Shown here in pieces: positions 45,501 to 54,637 of a DNA stretch of 59,085 bases; positions within the stretch are counted from its first letter, which is position 1; each line of letters opens with the position of its first letter. Under the pieces are notes generated by a model. It was not told the origin of the DNA. It saw only the letters and a program-made list of their open reading frames with translations, and made no database searches. Made by a program: the position numbers and the translations under genes. The DNA is taken from contig CAYRZM010000318.1 of NCBI GenBank assembly GCA_964428685.1, positions 1 to 59,085 of the forward strand. The letters are read 5' to 3'. The stretch comes from an uncultured Devosia sp. (GTDB lineage: Bacteria > Pseudomonadota > Alphaproteobacteria > Rhizobiales > Devosiaceae).

Positions 45501-46760
45501 CTATAGTGGCTCATCCATATGAGCTACACGACGCCTCGATTTTGAGCTACCCGACCGCCCTGTGGACAAACTGCTCAGCACGAAGGCCGACCAATCTTCC
45601 ATCATCGATCGTCGCTTTTCGAACATGTCGCCCCGTCGATACGCTGCCTCGACCTTGTTGCTGATCGTGTGAGCGAGCGCCATCTCTGCCATCTCGCTGG
45701 CGTACGATGTCCTCTCCGCAGCCCAGTCACGGAACGCCGAGCGGAAGCCGTGAGGGACAGCATCAACGCTCATTCGTCGCGTCACCGCGGATATCGTCAT
45801 GTCTGAGATGGAGCCGCCGCGAGCGCCGGCAAAGACCCAATTGACACCGTGGTCTCTCGGAAGCTGCCGAAGGATAGCGATCGCCGCACCAGACAAGGGT
45901 ACACGATGCTCGCGCCCCGCCTTCATCCGGTCTTTGGGGATGACCCACATCCTGCTTGAGAGGTCCATTTCCTCCCACACCGCCAATCGCGCTTCCCCCG
46001 AGCGGCAGGCCGTCAGTATTAGAAACTCCAGCGCCCGAGCTCCGACACCGCTCACATCCCTGAGCCGGCGGTAGAAGTCGGGCAGATCGCGGAGCGGCAG
46101 AGCCGCATGGTGACTGGTGGTCGCCACCTTTCCAGGTTTGGGAAGCAACGCATCGAGGTTGCCTCGCCAACGCGCCGGATTGTCGCCGGTCCGCAGACCT
46201 GCGGCTGTCGCCCAGCCGAGCACGTTCTCAATGCGGCCACGAAGCCGGTCCGCGGTCTCGGTCTTGGTTAGCCACATTGGCTCGAGTATCCGCAGGATCT
46301 CATGTAGCCCAACTTCGTCCACCGGCCGGCTACCCACGATCGGGCCCGCGTAGGTAAGAAGTGTCGTAAGCACCTGAGCTGCGTGCTTTGTGTTCCGGTA
46401 TTCCTGGGAGCGCACGGCATGCCAGCGCCGGGCCGCCTGTTCGAACGTGATCCTCGAAGAGAGCCGCTTGTGTTCGGCTCTGGCCAATCGCCTTGCCCTG
46501 ATGGGGTCTTCACCGCGGGCGATCATCTCGCGATGCAACCGTGCGAGGTCTCGCGCAGCCGCCAAACCGATGTCGGGGTATCCACCGAGCCCAATCTCAT
46601 GCCGCCGGCCATCGGCTCCTGTGATGCGCAGGATCCAGGATCGCGCCCCCGAATCCTTAACCTGCAGGCATAGCCCGGTCACGCCGCCAACAGCGAAGAG
46701 GCCCGAATCAGTGAGCCTTTTGACGGCGATCGCGGACAGCTCTGGCGCTTTGCGAGGCAT
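45501..46760 (-). CDS. P4-like tyrosine integrase (integrase 3)
   Basis: MPRKAPELS...GLCLQV...TACRSGE, RMK, PHGFRS, LAH, AYRRGD. Confidence 0.95.
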   Translation of the reverse strand: MPRKAPELSAIAVKRLTDSGLFAVGGVTGLCLQVKDSGARSWILRITGADGRRHEIGLGGYPDIGLAAARDLARLHREMIARGEDPIRARRLARAEHKRLSSRITFEQAARRWHAVRSQEYRNTKHAAQVLTTLLTYAGPIVGSRPVDEVGLHEILRILEPMWLTKTETADRLRGRIENVLGWATAAGLRTGDNPARWRGNLDALLPKPGKVATTSHHAALPLRDLPDFYRRLRDVSGVGARALEFLILTACRSGEARLAVWEEMDLSSRMWVIPKDRMKAGREHRVPLSGAAIAILRQLPRDHGVNWVFAGARGGSISDMTISAVTRRMSVDAVPHGFRSAFRDWAAERTSYASEMAEMALAHTISNKVEAAYRRGDMFEKRRSMMEDWSAFVLSSLSTGRSGSSKSRRRVAHMDEPL

Positions 46761-46762
46761 CT

Positions 46763-46785
46763 TGAACCCACCGACAGACCCACCA
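46763..46785 (+). repeat. Arm-type site pair upstream of integrase 3
   Basis: Tandem ACCCACC units; matches 4011-4033. Confidence 0.6.
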
Positions 46786-46906
46786 ATAATCTTGAGATTG
46801 TTTGCAACCGGGTGCGACGGATTGCAAGGAGGATTTGCACTCCCACTCCCGGAGATCCTAGGCATTTCGAGATGCCCTGCTACCAGGTGAGACACGAACA
46901 GGGCAG

Positions 46907-46921
46907 CCTCCCTCTCCGCCA
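46907..46921 (+). repeat. att core copy 4 (right island boundary)
   Basis: CCTCCCTCTCCGCCA identical to tRNA 3946-3960. Confidence 0.9.
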
Positions 46922-46982
46922 CGACACGCAGACTTACGCCAACAATTCCAACAGTTTGCCGCTGCCGATCCAAGCGCAGCCG

Positions 46983-47768
46983 TCAGGGTTCGCGATGGGC
47001 GGTCCAGGGCATCTGGGTGGCGAATTTTCCGCCGGAGATGTCGATCATCGTGCCCGTGATGTAGGAGGCGAGATCGGATGCGAGGAAGCAGATGAGGCGC
47101 GCCACGTCTTCGGCGCTGCCCCAGCGGCGGAGCGTCAGGGTGTCGAGCAGGCGGGATTTTTCGGCGTCGGTCCGGTCGGCGAAGCGGTTCATGCCGGTGG
47201 GGATCATGCCGGGCGCGTAGCAGTTGACGGTGATGTCATAGGCGCCCAGCTCGCCCGCCAGCACGCGCGTAAAGCTCTCGATGCCGGATTTCGAGGCCGC
47301 ATAGGCGGCCCCGCCGATCGAGGGGATGATCGCGGCAAACGATGCGGCGCTGAGGATGCGGCCGGAGCGCTGGCGCTTCATGATGGGAATGACGGCCTGG
47401 CTCATCAGGAACGTGCCCTTCATGTTGATGTCGAAGTTGAGGTCCCAGGTCTCCTCCGACAAGTCCTCGACACGCGCGCCGTTGGCGACACCGGCGTTGT
47501 TGACGAGAATGTCGATGCGGCCGAAGGCCGACTCCGCCGCCGAGACGACGGCGCGATCGTCTTCGGATTTCCGCACATCGCACAAGAGCTGCAGTCCGGC
47601 CCAGCCGTTGCGCTGCCATTCGGCAGCGACCTCCTCGAGCAAGTCCTGGCGGATGTCGGTGACGACCACCGCGACCCCCTCGGCTGCCAGCGTTTTGGCA
47701 ATCGCGTTGCCGATGCCGCGTCCGCCGCCGGTGACGATGGCAACCTTGTTCTTGAGATCGATCAGCAT
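46983..47768 (-). CDS. SDR-family oxidoreductase
   Basis: TGGGRGIG, NNAG, YAASK. Confidence 0.92.
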   Translation of the reverse strand: MLIDLKNKVAIVTGGGRGIGNAIAKTLAAEGVAVVVTDIRQDLLEEVAAEWQRNGWAGLQLLCDVRKSEDDRAVVSAAESAFGRIDILVNNAGVANGARVEDLSEETWDLNFDINMKGTFLMSQAVIPIMKRQRSGRILSAASFAAIIPSIGGAAYAASKSGIESFTRVLAGELGAYDITVNCYAPGMIPTGMNRFADRTDAEKSRLLDTLTLRRWGSAEDVARLICFLASDLASYITGTMIDISGGKFATQMPWTAHREP

Positions 47769-47817
47769 TTCAGAGCACTGCTTTCCGAAAGAGTTCATCC
47801 ATTTGCATTCTTGCCGC

Positions 47818-50208
47818 TCAGCCGCAGCGGATCTCGACGTCCGCGAGGTCCGGAGCCCTCAGGCGTACGGTCGTCGTCTTGCCATGCGGCCGGACGAACA
47901 CCACCAGACGGCCGTCGAGGGTGCGCCGCGACGGCGCCGCGTAGGGCGTGTTGTCGCCGAGATCGCCCGATTCGAGCCCCAGCAGCTCGCCGCGATCAAC
48001 GTCGGCGGTGATCGTCGTTTCTTCGGCCGCGGCTTCGCCGTGCGCATCGCGCAATGCGCATTCGATCTGGACGATGCCGCCGAGCTCAAGTCCGGCGTCG
48101 GCGCATCGCCCCGCGGCCTGCGGCGGCGGATGCCAGATCGCCGCATCGAGCCTTGCCGCGGGGCCGCGGCCCTCAAGCTTGTCGGTCGCGACCACGGCGC
48201 CCCCCTGTCGTGCCTCGAGCACGAGCGGCGCGGGTCGCGGCCCGGTCACGGCGGTCCAGTAGCCGTGCTCGCTGTCGAATGTCAGCGGGATCTCCTGATC
48301 GCCACAGCTCAGCCGCGGCGCGTCGCCGCTGACGAAGCAGAGCACCTCCATCGGTTCAGCGCCGGCATCGTTCCAGCGGCGCGCGATCGGATGCGACCAG
48401 AAGGTCTTGTCGGCCGCCTCCGCATGCGGGCGGGTCGCGATGTAGGCCATCGGCTCGTCCGTCCACCAGGACCGCCGCAGATGAAAGATGGGCTTTTCGA
48501 AGCCCGCGACGGTCAGCAGGCCCGCGCCCGAGCCGTGGATCGGCCAGCCATGGGCTTCGCCGAGATAGTCGATGCCGGTCCACAGGAATTGCCCTGCGAC
48601 ATAGTCGTGGTTCACGACGGCGAGCCAGTTGTCGTAGCCGTGGCCATTCTCGCTCCCCACCAAGGGAGTCGCCGGGAAGCGCTGGTGGTCTTCCTCGTAG
48701 AGATGTTCCTTGTAGTTGTAGCCGACGAGGTCGAACACGCCGGTCAGTCCGGTGCGCGTCGAAAGCTCGGGATAGGCCGCCCCGATGGTCACGGGGCGCG
48801 TCGTGTCCCGTCCCCTGACGATTTCGGCGAGCCGCCGCGCAATCGGCACGAGCCGCCGGGCGTCGGGCCGGCTCGGGTCGTAGGTGCGCTGCCGCGCGGT
48901 CTTTCGCGCATCGTTGTTGCCGGTCATTTCGGCGAAGAGCGCGCTCACATAGGGATCGTTGGGGTAGTCGATCTCGTTGCCGACGCTCCAGGCAATGATC
49001 GAGGGATGGTTGCGATGGGCGTCGACCATGGCCTCGAGGTCGCGCCGGTGCCAGGCATGGAAGTCCCTGGCGTAGCCCTGATGCCGCGGCGGCCACACAT
49101 TGTGGCCCTGCCACCATTTGTTCTTGGCGTTCTCCCATTCGTCGAACGCTTCGTCGATGACGTAGAAGCCGAGCGCGTCGCACAGCCGGTAGAGCTCCGG
49201 CCCGTGGGGATTGTGCGACATGCGAATGGCGTTACACCCCATCTGCCTGAGCTTGAGCAGGCGGCGCAGCCAGACGTCGGCCGGCACGGCGGTGCCGAGG
49301 CAGCCCGCGTCTTCGTGGAGGCACACGCCTTTGAGCACGCGCCGCTCGCCGTTGATGAAAAAACCGTGGTCGGGGTCGAAGCGGAAGGTGCGAATGCCCA
49401 CAACCGCTTCGTACGTCGCGTGGTGCTCCTGCCCGGCCTGCCGCCACGTGAGTCGCGTTGTGAGGCGATAAAGATGCGGGTCGGTGTCGGACCAGAGGTC
49501 CGGCTGCAGAACCTGCGCTGCGGCGACAGCCTCGGCCGAGGCACCGGCCCGCATTGGAGTTTCGACGGCAACCGTGTGCCGCCGGCGGGAGGACAGGGAC
49601 ATCAGCTCGTGCTCGATCCCGACCGTCAGGTCCTCGCCGGTTTCGTTGACGAGGCGCTGAGCGATTTCGACCGAGGCTTCGGACGCGTCGGCGATGAGGG
49701 TGGAAAAGCTGGTGCCGTGCTCGGCGAGCCGCACCGCCTCGTGCACCTCCAGGGTGACCCGCCGGGTGATGCCGGACCCGTTGTACCAGCGTGAATCGGA
49801 AATGTCGGTGTGCTCGACCCGCACGCTCAGCACCAGATCGCCGTCGGTCGGGTAGGACAGGACTTCGCTGAGATCGAACGAGAATTCGGCATATCCAGAG
49901 GGGCGCCCGCCAAGGTGGTAGCCGTTGGCCCATACGTCGGCGTTCTTGTAGACGCCGTGAAAGACCAGCCGGACATGCCGGCCGCCGAGCTCTCCGAGCT
50001 CGGCCAGCGCGACGTGCGCCCGGTACCAGCCGACGCCGCCCGGCAGGTAGCCGGTTCCGCTCGACCAGGCGGGTGAAAACTCCAGCTCGATGCTCCAGTC
50101 ATGCGGCACGGTCACCGCGCGCCAGGACCGATCGTCAAAGCCCTTGGCCCAGGCCTCGGGCTGGTCCGAAAGCGTGAAGGTCCAGCGGCGGATTTCGAAT
50201 TCGTGCAC
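47818..50208 (-). CDS. Glycoside hydrolase family 2 (beta-galactosidase-like)
   Basis: VPHDWSI, SRWYNGSGI, KGVCLHED, NAIRMSHNP, WSVGNE, FLWTGIDYLGE. Confidence 0.93.
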   Translation of the reverse strand: MHEFEIRRWTFTLSDQPEAWAKGFDDRSWRAVTVPHDWSIELEFSPAWSSGTGYLPGGVGWYRAHVALAELGELGGRHVRLVFHGVYKNADVWANGYHLGGRPSGYAEFSFDLSEVLSYPTDGDLVLSVRVEHTDISDSRWYNGSGITRRVTLEVHEAVRLAEHGTSFSTLIADASEASVEIAQRLVNETGEDLTVGIEHELMSLSSRRRHTVAVETPMRAGASAEAVAAAQVLQPDLWSDTDPHLYRLTTRLTWRQAGQEHHATYEAVVGIRTFRFDPDHGFFINGERRVLKGVCLHEDAGCLGTAVPADVWLRRLLKLRQMGCNAIRMSHNPHGPELYRLCDALGFYVIDEAFDEWENAKNKWWQGHNVWPPRHQGYARDFHAWHRRDLEAMVDAHRNHPSIIAWSVGNEIDYPNDPYVSALFAEMTGNNDARKTARQRTYDPSRPDARRLVPIARRLAEIVRGRDTTRPVTIGAAYPELSTRTGLTGVFDLVGYNYKEHLYEEDHQRFPATPLVGSENGHGYDNWLAVVNHDYVAGQFLWTGIDYLGEAHGWPIHGSGAGLLTVAGFEKPIFHLRRSWWTDEPMAYIATRPHAEAADKTFWSHPIARRWNDAGAEPMEVLCFVSGDAPRLSCGDQEIPLTFDSEHGYWTAVTGPRPAPLVLEARQGGAVVATDKLEGRGPAARLDAAIWHPPPQAAGRCADAGLELGGIVQIECALRDAHGEAAAEETTITADVDRGELLGLESGDLGDNTPYAAPSRRTLDGRLVVFVRPHGKTTTVRLRAPDLADVEIRCG

Positions 50209-50220
50209 GAGCCTGCCGAC

Positions 50221-50868
50221 CTATTCTGCACCGGCGCCCGGCATGGGCGCGTATTGCCGGAAGACCCGCGCGAACAGGCGCCCGGTGACGGCGGCAAAGC
50301 CGGCGAAGCCGATCATGAGCCAGAGCATGCCGTACGCGGTCACCTGCGGATAAAACATCGTTACAATTATGCAGAGCGACAACAGAACCATCGTCGCAAG
50401 GGAGGTGAGCGGGTGCTTCCACGACAGGAGCCGTGCATTGCGCAACACCTCGCGGGTGCGCCCCTCGAAGTTCGCGAGATAGGGGAAGACGAAGACGACC
50501 GTCGTCGCGAAGCCGAAGGCGATGATGTACCAGAGCGCAAGCGCCAGGAGCTCGACGACGGAATCGGCCACATAGGCCGTGATGACCTCGAACCAGGCGG
50601 CAAGCGCAGCGGCAAACAGGACCAGCACCGCTTCGATGACCATGCCCTGCCAGAAGTTCCGGCGAAACGAGCGGACATAGTCGGCAACGACGGTGTCGCA
50701 CTGGTCCGTCGCGATCCGCATGGCGGTGAAATTCAGCGCCGAGAGGGACGCGCCGAGCGTCACCAGGGGAAGCGATGTCGCAATGAAGAGCAGGTTGAGA
50801 ACGATCAGATCCGCGAGCCGGCTCAGGCCGCGCATCAGGGGCGAATCGATCGCAAACAGAGCTGCCAT
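50221..50868 (-). CDS. YesL/DUF624-like membrane protein
   Basis: LADLIVLNLLFIATSLPLVTLGAS...RSFRRNFWQ. Confidence 0.8.
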   Translation of the reverse strand: MAALFAIDSPLMRGLSRLADLIVLNLLFIATSLPLVTLGASLSALNFTAMRIATDQCDTVVADYVRSFRRNFWQGMVIEAVLVLFAAALAAWFEVITAYVADSVVELLALALWYIIAFGFATTVVFVFPYLANFEGRTREVLRNARLLSWKHPLTSLATMVLLSLCIIVTMFYPQVTAYGMLWLMIGFAGFAAVTGRLFARVFRQYAPMPGAGAE

Positions 50869-50889
50869 TGTGCCCTCCATCGCAAGGGG

Positions 50890-50919
50890 CCGGGCGGGGC
50901 GCTGATCGCCCCCGCCCGG
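50890..50919 (-). terminator. Stem-loop after the binding-protein gene (attenuator or mRNA stabiliser)
   Basis: CCGGGCGGGG...CCCCGCCCGG; no poly-U tail. Confidence 0.45.
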
Positions 50920-50930
50920 TTCGGTTTGGC

Positions 50931-52481
50931 CTACTGCAGGTTGTGTGCCTTGGCCCAGGCGTCGATATCGGCCTGCACCGATGCCTCGGCATCCTGGAAG
51001 CCCGCGTCCTTGAGCTTCTGCCGCATCTCGGCGATGGCCGCCTTGGGGTCGTCGAACTTGCCGTATTCGAGCTGCGGGATGTACTCGGAGAGAACGCCCG
51101 CAACCGCCGCGAGGGTCGAATCCACCTTCGTCTTGTCGATGATCAGGGTGGAGTAGGGATTGTCCTTGGCGACCTTGTTGAGGGCGGCGAAGATGTCGGC
51201 CTTGTTCGGCGCGTCGGTGGTCTTTGCCGGCTCGAACTCATCCATGCGTCCCCACCAGTAGTCGGTGCCGAGCGAATCCTTGGACGGATCGTAGCCCTTG
51301 GGGAAGTCCATCTTGCCATCGGCGGTGATGATGTAGTCGGTGCCCTCGATGCCGAAGTTGAACAGGTCGTAGTCTTCCTTGTCGTTGCGCAGCAGGTCGT
51401 AGACCTGGAGCGCCTTGTCGGGATTCTTCGAGCTCGCGCTCACGGCCATGGCGCCGTGGGTGAAGATGTCCTTGAAGACGTTGCCGTTCTCCTCGCCCCA
51501 GTAGAAGAATTTCGGGTCGGAGCCGGGCTGCTTGGTGTTCATGTTGTAGACGATCTGGGTGATGTAGGTCTGGGTGTGGTGCTGATCGGCACCGGAGAGG
51601 CCCGCATACATCTCCTCGCGCGGATCGCCGCTGTAGTTCAGCGCGTCTTCACGCCAAACGCCAATGTCGTTCCACTTCTTGGCGAGCTCGGCGGCCGCCA
51701 GCAGCTCGTCCCCGTCCATGTACCAGGAGGCGACCGTGTAGGGGTGGGCCGCCGAGGTCTCGAACGGGAAGTAGTTGCCTGCCGACACCTGGAGAAGCGG
51801 CTGCAGGTCGGTATGGCCCTGCATGTAGCCCAGCAGCGCCGCGTCGTTGGAGCCGGCGACGTCCCAGGGATAGGCCTCCGGCTTGTTCTTCTTGACCCAC
51901 TGGAAGTAGGTCGTGAAGTCCTCGAACTTCTTGATCTCGCCGTCCGCGAAACCCGCCGCCTTGGCCCAGTCGCCCCGATAGAAGAAGCCGTGGTTGGTGT
52001 ACTGGGTGTAGTTGTCCTCGGGCAGGAAGTAGATCTTGCCGTCGGGCAGCTTCGTCAGGTCCCAGTGGCCCTTGGCCTGAACCTGCGCCCAGGTCTTGGG
52101 CGCGTCCTTCTGCAGCATGTCCTCGGTCAGCGGCAGGAAGGCGCCCTTTTCCGCGTTCTCCCAGCCGAACAGCCAGTCGGTCGCGGTGGCGATCAAGTCC
52201 ACCTTGTCATCGTTGGACAGCAGTTCCACGTTGTACTGCGTCTGCCAGTCCGCCCACTCGATGTATTTGAGGTCGAGGGTGGCGTTCACCTGCTTGACCA
52301 GCCGCTCGTTGAGCTTGGCGAGCATGGCCTCGAGACGGCCATTGGTGGGCTTGTTGCCCAGCGTCAGCATGGTGATCTTGGTGGGAGCGTCCTGCGCGAG
52401 CGCGGCCTCCGTCAGCGCCATCGTGCTGACGCCAAGGGCGAGCAGCGCCGCTCCGGCTTGGATGATACCTCTTCTGTTCAT
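50931..52481 (-). CDS. Carbohydrate ABC substrate-binding protein (LplA-like)
   Basis: N-terminal signal, YRGDWA, NFGIEGTDY, KLKDAG...QADIDAW C-terminus; GAGGAGG RBS. Confidence 0.85.
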   Translation of the reverse strand: MNRRGIIQAGAALLALGVSTMALTEAALAQDAPTKITMLTLGNKPTNGRLEAMLAKLNERLVKQVNATLDLKYIEWADWQTQYNVELLSNDDKVDLIATATDWLFGWENAEKGAFLPLTEDMLQKDAPKTWAQVQAKGHWDLTKLPDGKIYFLPEDNYTQYTNHGFFYRGDWAKAAGFADGEIKKFEDFTTYFQWVKKNKPEAYPWDVAGSNDAALLGYMQGHTDLQPLLQVSAGNYFPFETSAAHPYTVASWYMDGDELLAAAELAKKWNDIGVWREDALNYSGDPREEMYAGLSGADQHHTQTYITQIVYNMNTKQPGSDPKFFYWGEENGNVFKDIFTHGAMAVSASSKNPDKALQVYDLLRNDKEDYDLFNFGIEGTDYIITADGKMDFPKGYDPSKDSLGTDYWWGRMDEFEPAKTTDAPNKADIFAALNKVAKDNPYSTLIIDKTKVDSTLAAVAGVLSEYIPQLEYGKFDDPKAAIAEMRQKLKDAGFQDAEASVQADIDAWAKAHNLQ

Positions 52482-52568
52482 TCTCAGTCGTCCTCCTCAG
52501 GATTTACGTATTCTTGCTGGACTAGAACCCTCTTCGAAAACGGCCCGATACCGGGCCTCTATCGGCGC

Positions 52569-53537
52569 TCAACCCTTCACCGCGCCGATGGTGATGCCGC
52601 TGACAAAATACTTCTGGATGAAGGGATAGAGCAGCAGGATCGGCCCGGTCGCGACGACGGCGCTCGCCATCTTGAGTGTGTTGCTCGGCAGGTCCGCGAT
52701 GCTGACATTGGCGCCGGCGACCGAATTGCGGAGCGCGTTGGCCGTGTTGATCAGGTTGTACAGGTGGTACTGGAGCGGCTTGAATTCGACGCCGCTGCCC
52801 AGATACAGCGACGACAGGTACCACTCGTTCCAATAGCCCAGCGCCAGGAACAGACCGATCGTCGCCATCGCCGGTTTCATCATCGGCAGGCAAAGCTGGG
52901 CGAAAATCCGAAAGTCCCCCGCGCCGTCGATCTTGCCCGACTCGATGATCTCGTAGGGGACCGTGCGCATGAAATTCATCATCAGGATGATGAGCCACGG
53001 CGTCATCAGCAGCTGCAGGAAGACGGCGAGATAGTTGTCGCGCAGGCCGAGATCGCGCGCGACCCACAGGAACGTGGGCGCGAGGCCGGCCGAGAACAGC
53101 GTCGTGAAGTAGATGAAGAACGAGATGTAGTGGCGGAACGGGAAGTCCTTGCGGTTGAGCGCATAGCCGGTCATGGCGATCACGAACAAGCCGATCGCCG
53201 TTCCAGCGACGGTCATGACGATCGTGACGATGTAGGAGCCGACGAGCTGCCGGGGCGCCTGGAAGATGTAGTCGTAGGCCTTGAGGCTGAACCCCTTGGG
53301 CAGGAGGCCGAAACCGGTGCGGGTGATCTCGGACTCGCTCGACAGGGAGGCCGAGATCATCAGCAGGAACGGCAGGAGGCAGAACAGCGCAAAGAGGGTG
53401 ATCGTGACGTAGGACAGCAACCGCAGCGCCCGGTCGCTGCTGGTGAGCCGGATCGGGTGAGGTTTCGACGCGATGGCGCCGGCCACGACCGGGGCCACCG
53501 TCTCGCTCAGCGATGGGGCGACCTCAGAAGAGTGCAT
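52569..53537 (-). CDS. Carbohydrate ABC permease (LplC-like)
   Basis: IIESGKIDGA, YPFIQKYFVSGITIGAVKG. Confidence 0.92.
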   Translation of the reverse strand: MHSSEVAPSLSETVAPVVAGAIASKPHPIRLTSSDRALRLLSYVTITLFALFCLLPFLLMISASLSSESEITRTGFGLLPKGFSLKAYDYIFQAPRQLVGSYIVTIVMTVAGTAIGLFVIAMTGYALNRKDFPFRHYISFFIYFTTLFSAGLAPTFLWVARDLGLRDNYLAVFLQLLMTPWLIILMMNFMRTVPYEIIESGKIDGAGDFRIFAQLCLPMMKPAMATIGLFLALGYWNEWYLSSLYLGSGVEFKPLQYHLYNLINTANALRNSVAGANVSIADLPSNTLKMASAVVATGPILLLYPFIQKYFVSGITIGAVKG

Positions 53538-54483
53538 AGTCGCTGTTGATCCTGCGCACGACCCAGTTGGCCCCCATGACCAACACGAACCCGAACAGCG
53601 ACTGGTAGAGACCCACAGCCGTCGAGGTGGTGAAGTTGTTCTGCGAGATGATCATCCGATAGACCGAGGTCTCGATGATGTCGGTGGTCTGGAAGAGCGA
53701 AGCGTTGTTGCCGATCAGATTCCAGAACAGTCCGAAATTGCCGCGCATGATGCCGCCGAGCGAGAACAGCACCAGGATGAAGAAGGTCGGCTTGAGGCTC
53801 GGAAGCGTGACATAGCGGATGCGTTGCCACGCCGAGGCGCCATCGATCGCGGCCGCTTCGAACAGGCCCCTGTCGATGCCGGTGATCACGGCGAAATAGA
53901 CGATGGAGCCGTAGCCGGTGCTCTGCCAGAGCTGCACGAGAATGATGATGAGGGGCCACGCCCCGGCGCTGCTGTAAATCTTGATCGGGTCGCCGCCGGT
54001 CTGCTTGATCAGCGCATTGAGCGAGCCGGTGTCGTAGTTGAGCAGGTTGAAGGCGATGACGCCGATGAGCACCGCCGAAATGAAGTAAGGCAGGAACATC
54101 GCCCCCTGGGTGATCTTCTTGAAATACCTGTTGCCGATCTCGTTGAGCATGATCGCCAGGGCGATCTGCAGCGCGTTGCCCAGCACGATGAAGGCGATGT
54201 TGTAGAGGACGGTGTTGCGCGTCAGGAGCCAGAGCTGGCCGGACTTGAAGAGGAACTCGAAGTTCTTGAAGCCGACGAAGGGGCTGCCGAAAATCCCATC
54301 GCGATAATTGAAGTTCGTAAAGGCGATCCAGGCCCCGGGCAGCGGGCAATAATTGAAGACGATGAAGAACACGATGGCCGGCGCGCACATGAGCATAAGC
54401 ATCTTGCTCTCGGCCAGCTGGGTGAGCAGCGACTTCCGTCGACGTGGTTCGGTGGCAGCCTGCGGCGAAGAGCTGCTGCTCAA
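53524..54483 (-). CDS. Carbohydrate ABC permease (LplB-like); start uncertain
   Basis: SPFVGFKNF, FLPYFIS, FEAAAIDGA, AVGLYQS. Confidence 0.9.
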   Translation of the reverse strand: MSSSSSPQAATEPRRRKSLLTQLAESKMLMLMCAPAIVFFIVFNYCPLPGAWIAFTNFNYRDGIFGSPFVGFKNFEFLFKSGQLWLLTRNTVLYNIAFIVLGNALQIALAIMLNEIGNRYFKKITQGAMFLPYFISAVLIGVIAFNLLNYDTGSLNALIKQTGGDPIKIYSSAGAWPLIIILVQLWQSTGYGSIVYFAVITGIDRGLFEAAAIDGASAWQRIRYVTLPSLKPTFFILVLFSLGGIMRGNFGLFWNLIGNNASLFQTTDIIETSVYRMIISQNNFTTSTAVGLYQSLFGFVLVMGANWVVRRINSDYALF

Positions 54484-54619
54484 GGGAACGCCGTTACAGC
54501 CTACCGGGCGCCCGGCGAGCGCCGGCCGTAGAATGAGACATGAGATCCTCCCAGATCGCGGCGGTGCTCCCCGCCGCGCTGCCATTGTTAGCCAGCCCGG
54601 GCAAGGCGCGCAAGTTTTC

Positions 54620-54633
54620 AGTAAATATTTAGT
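54620..54633. promoter_or_regulatory. Putative LacI/EbgR-type operator
   Basis: AGTAAATATTTAGT near-palindrome upstream of the sugar ABC operon. Confidence 0.55.
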
Positions 54634-54637
54634 TTCG

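Larger units (their letters stand above)
3946..46921. mobile_element. Composite genomic island integrated at the tRNA-Ser 3' end
   Basis: CCTCCCTCTCCGCCA at 3946-3960 and 46907-46921; three P4-like integrases; accessory cargo between. Confidence 0.85.

Noticed and set aside
4054-46921. Complete prophage or conjugative element
   Set aside because: No capsid, portal, TerL, tail, relaxase or T4SS genes recognised
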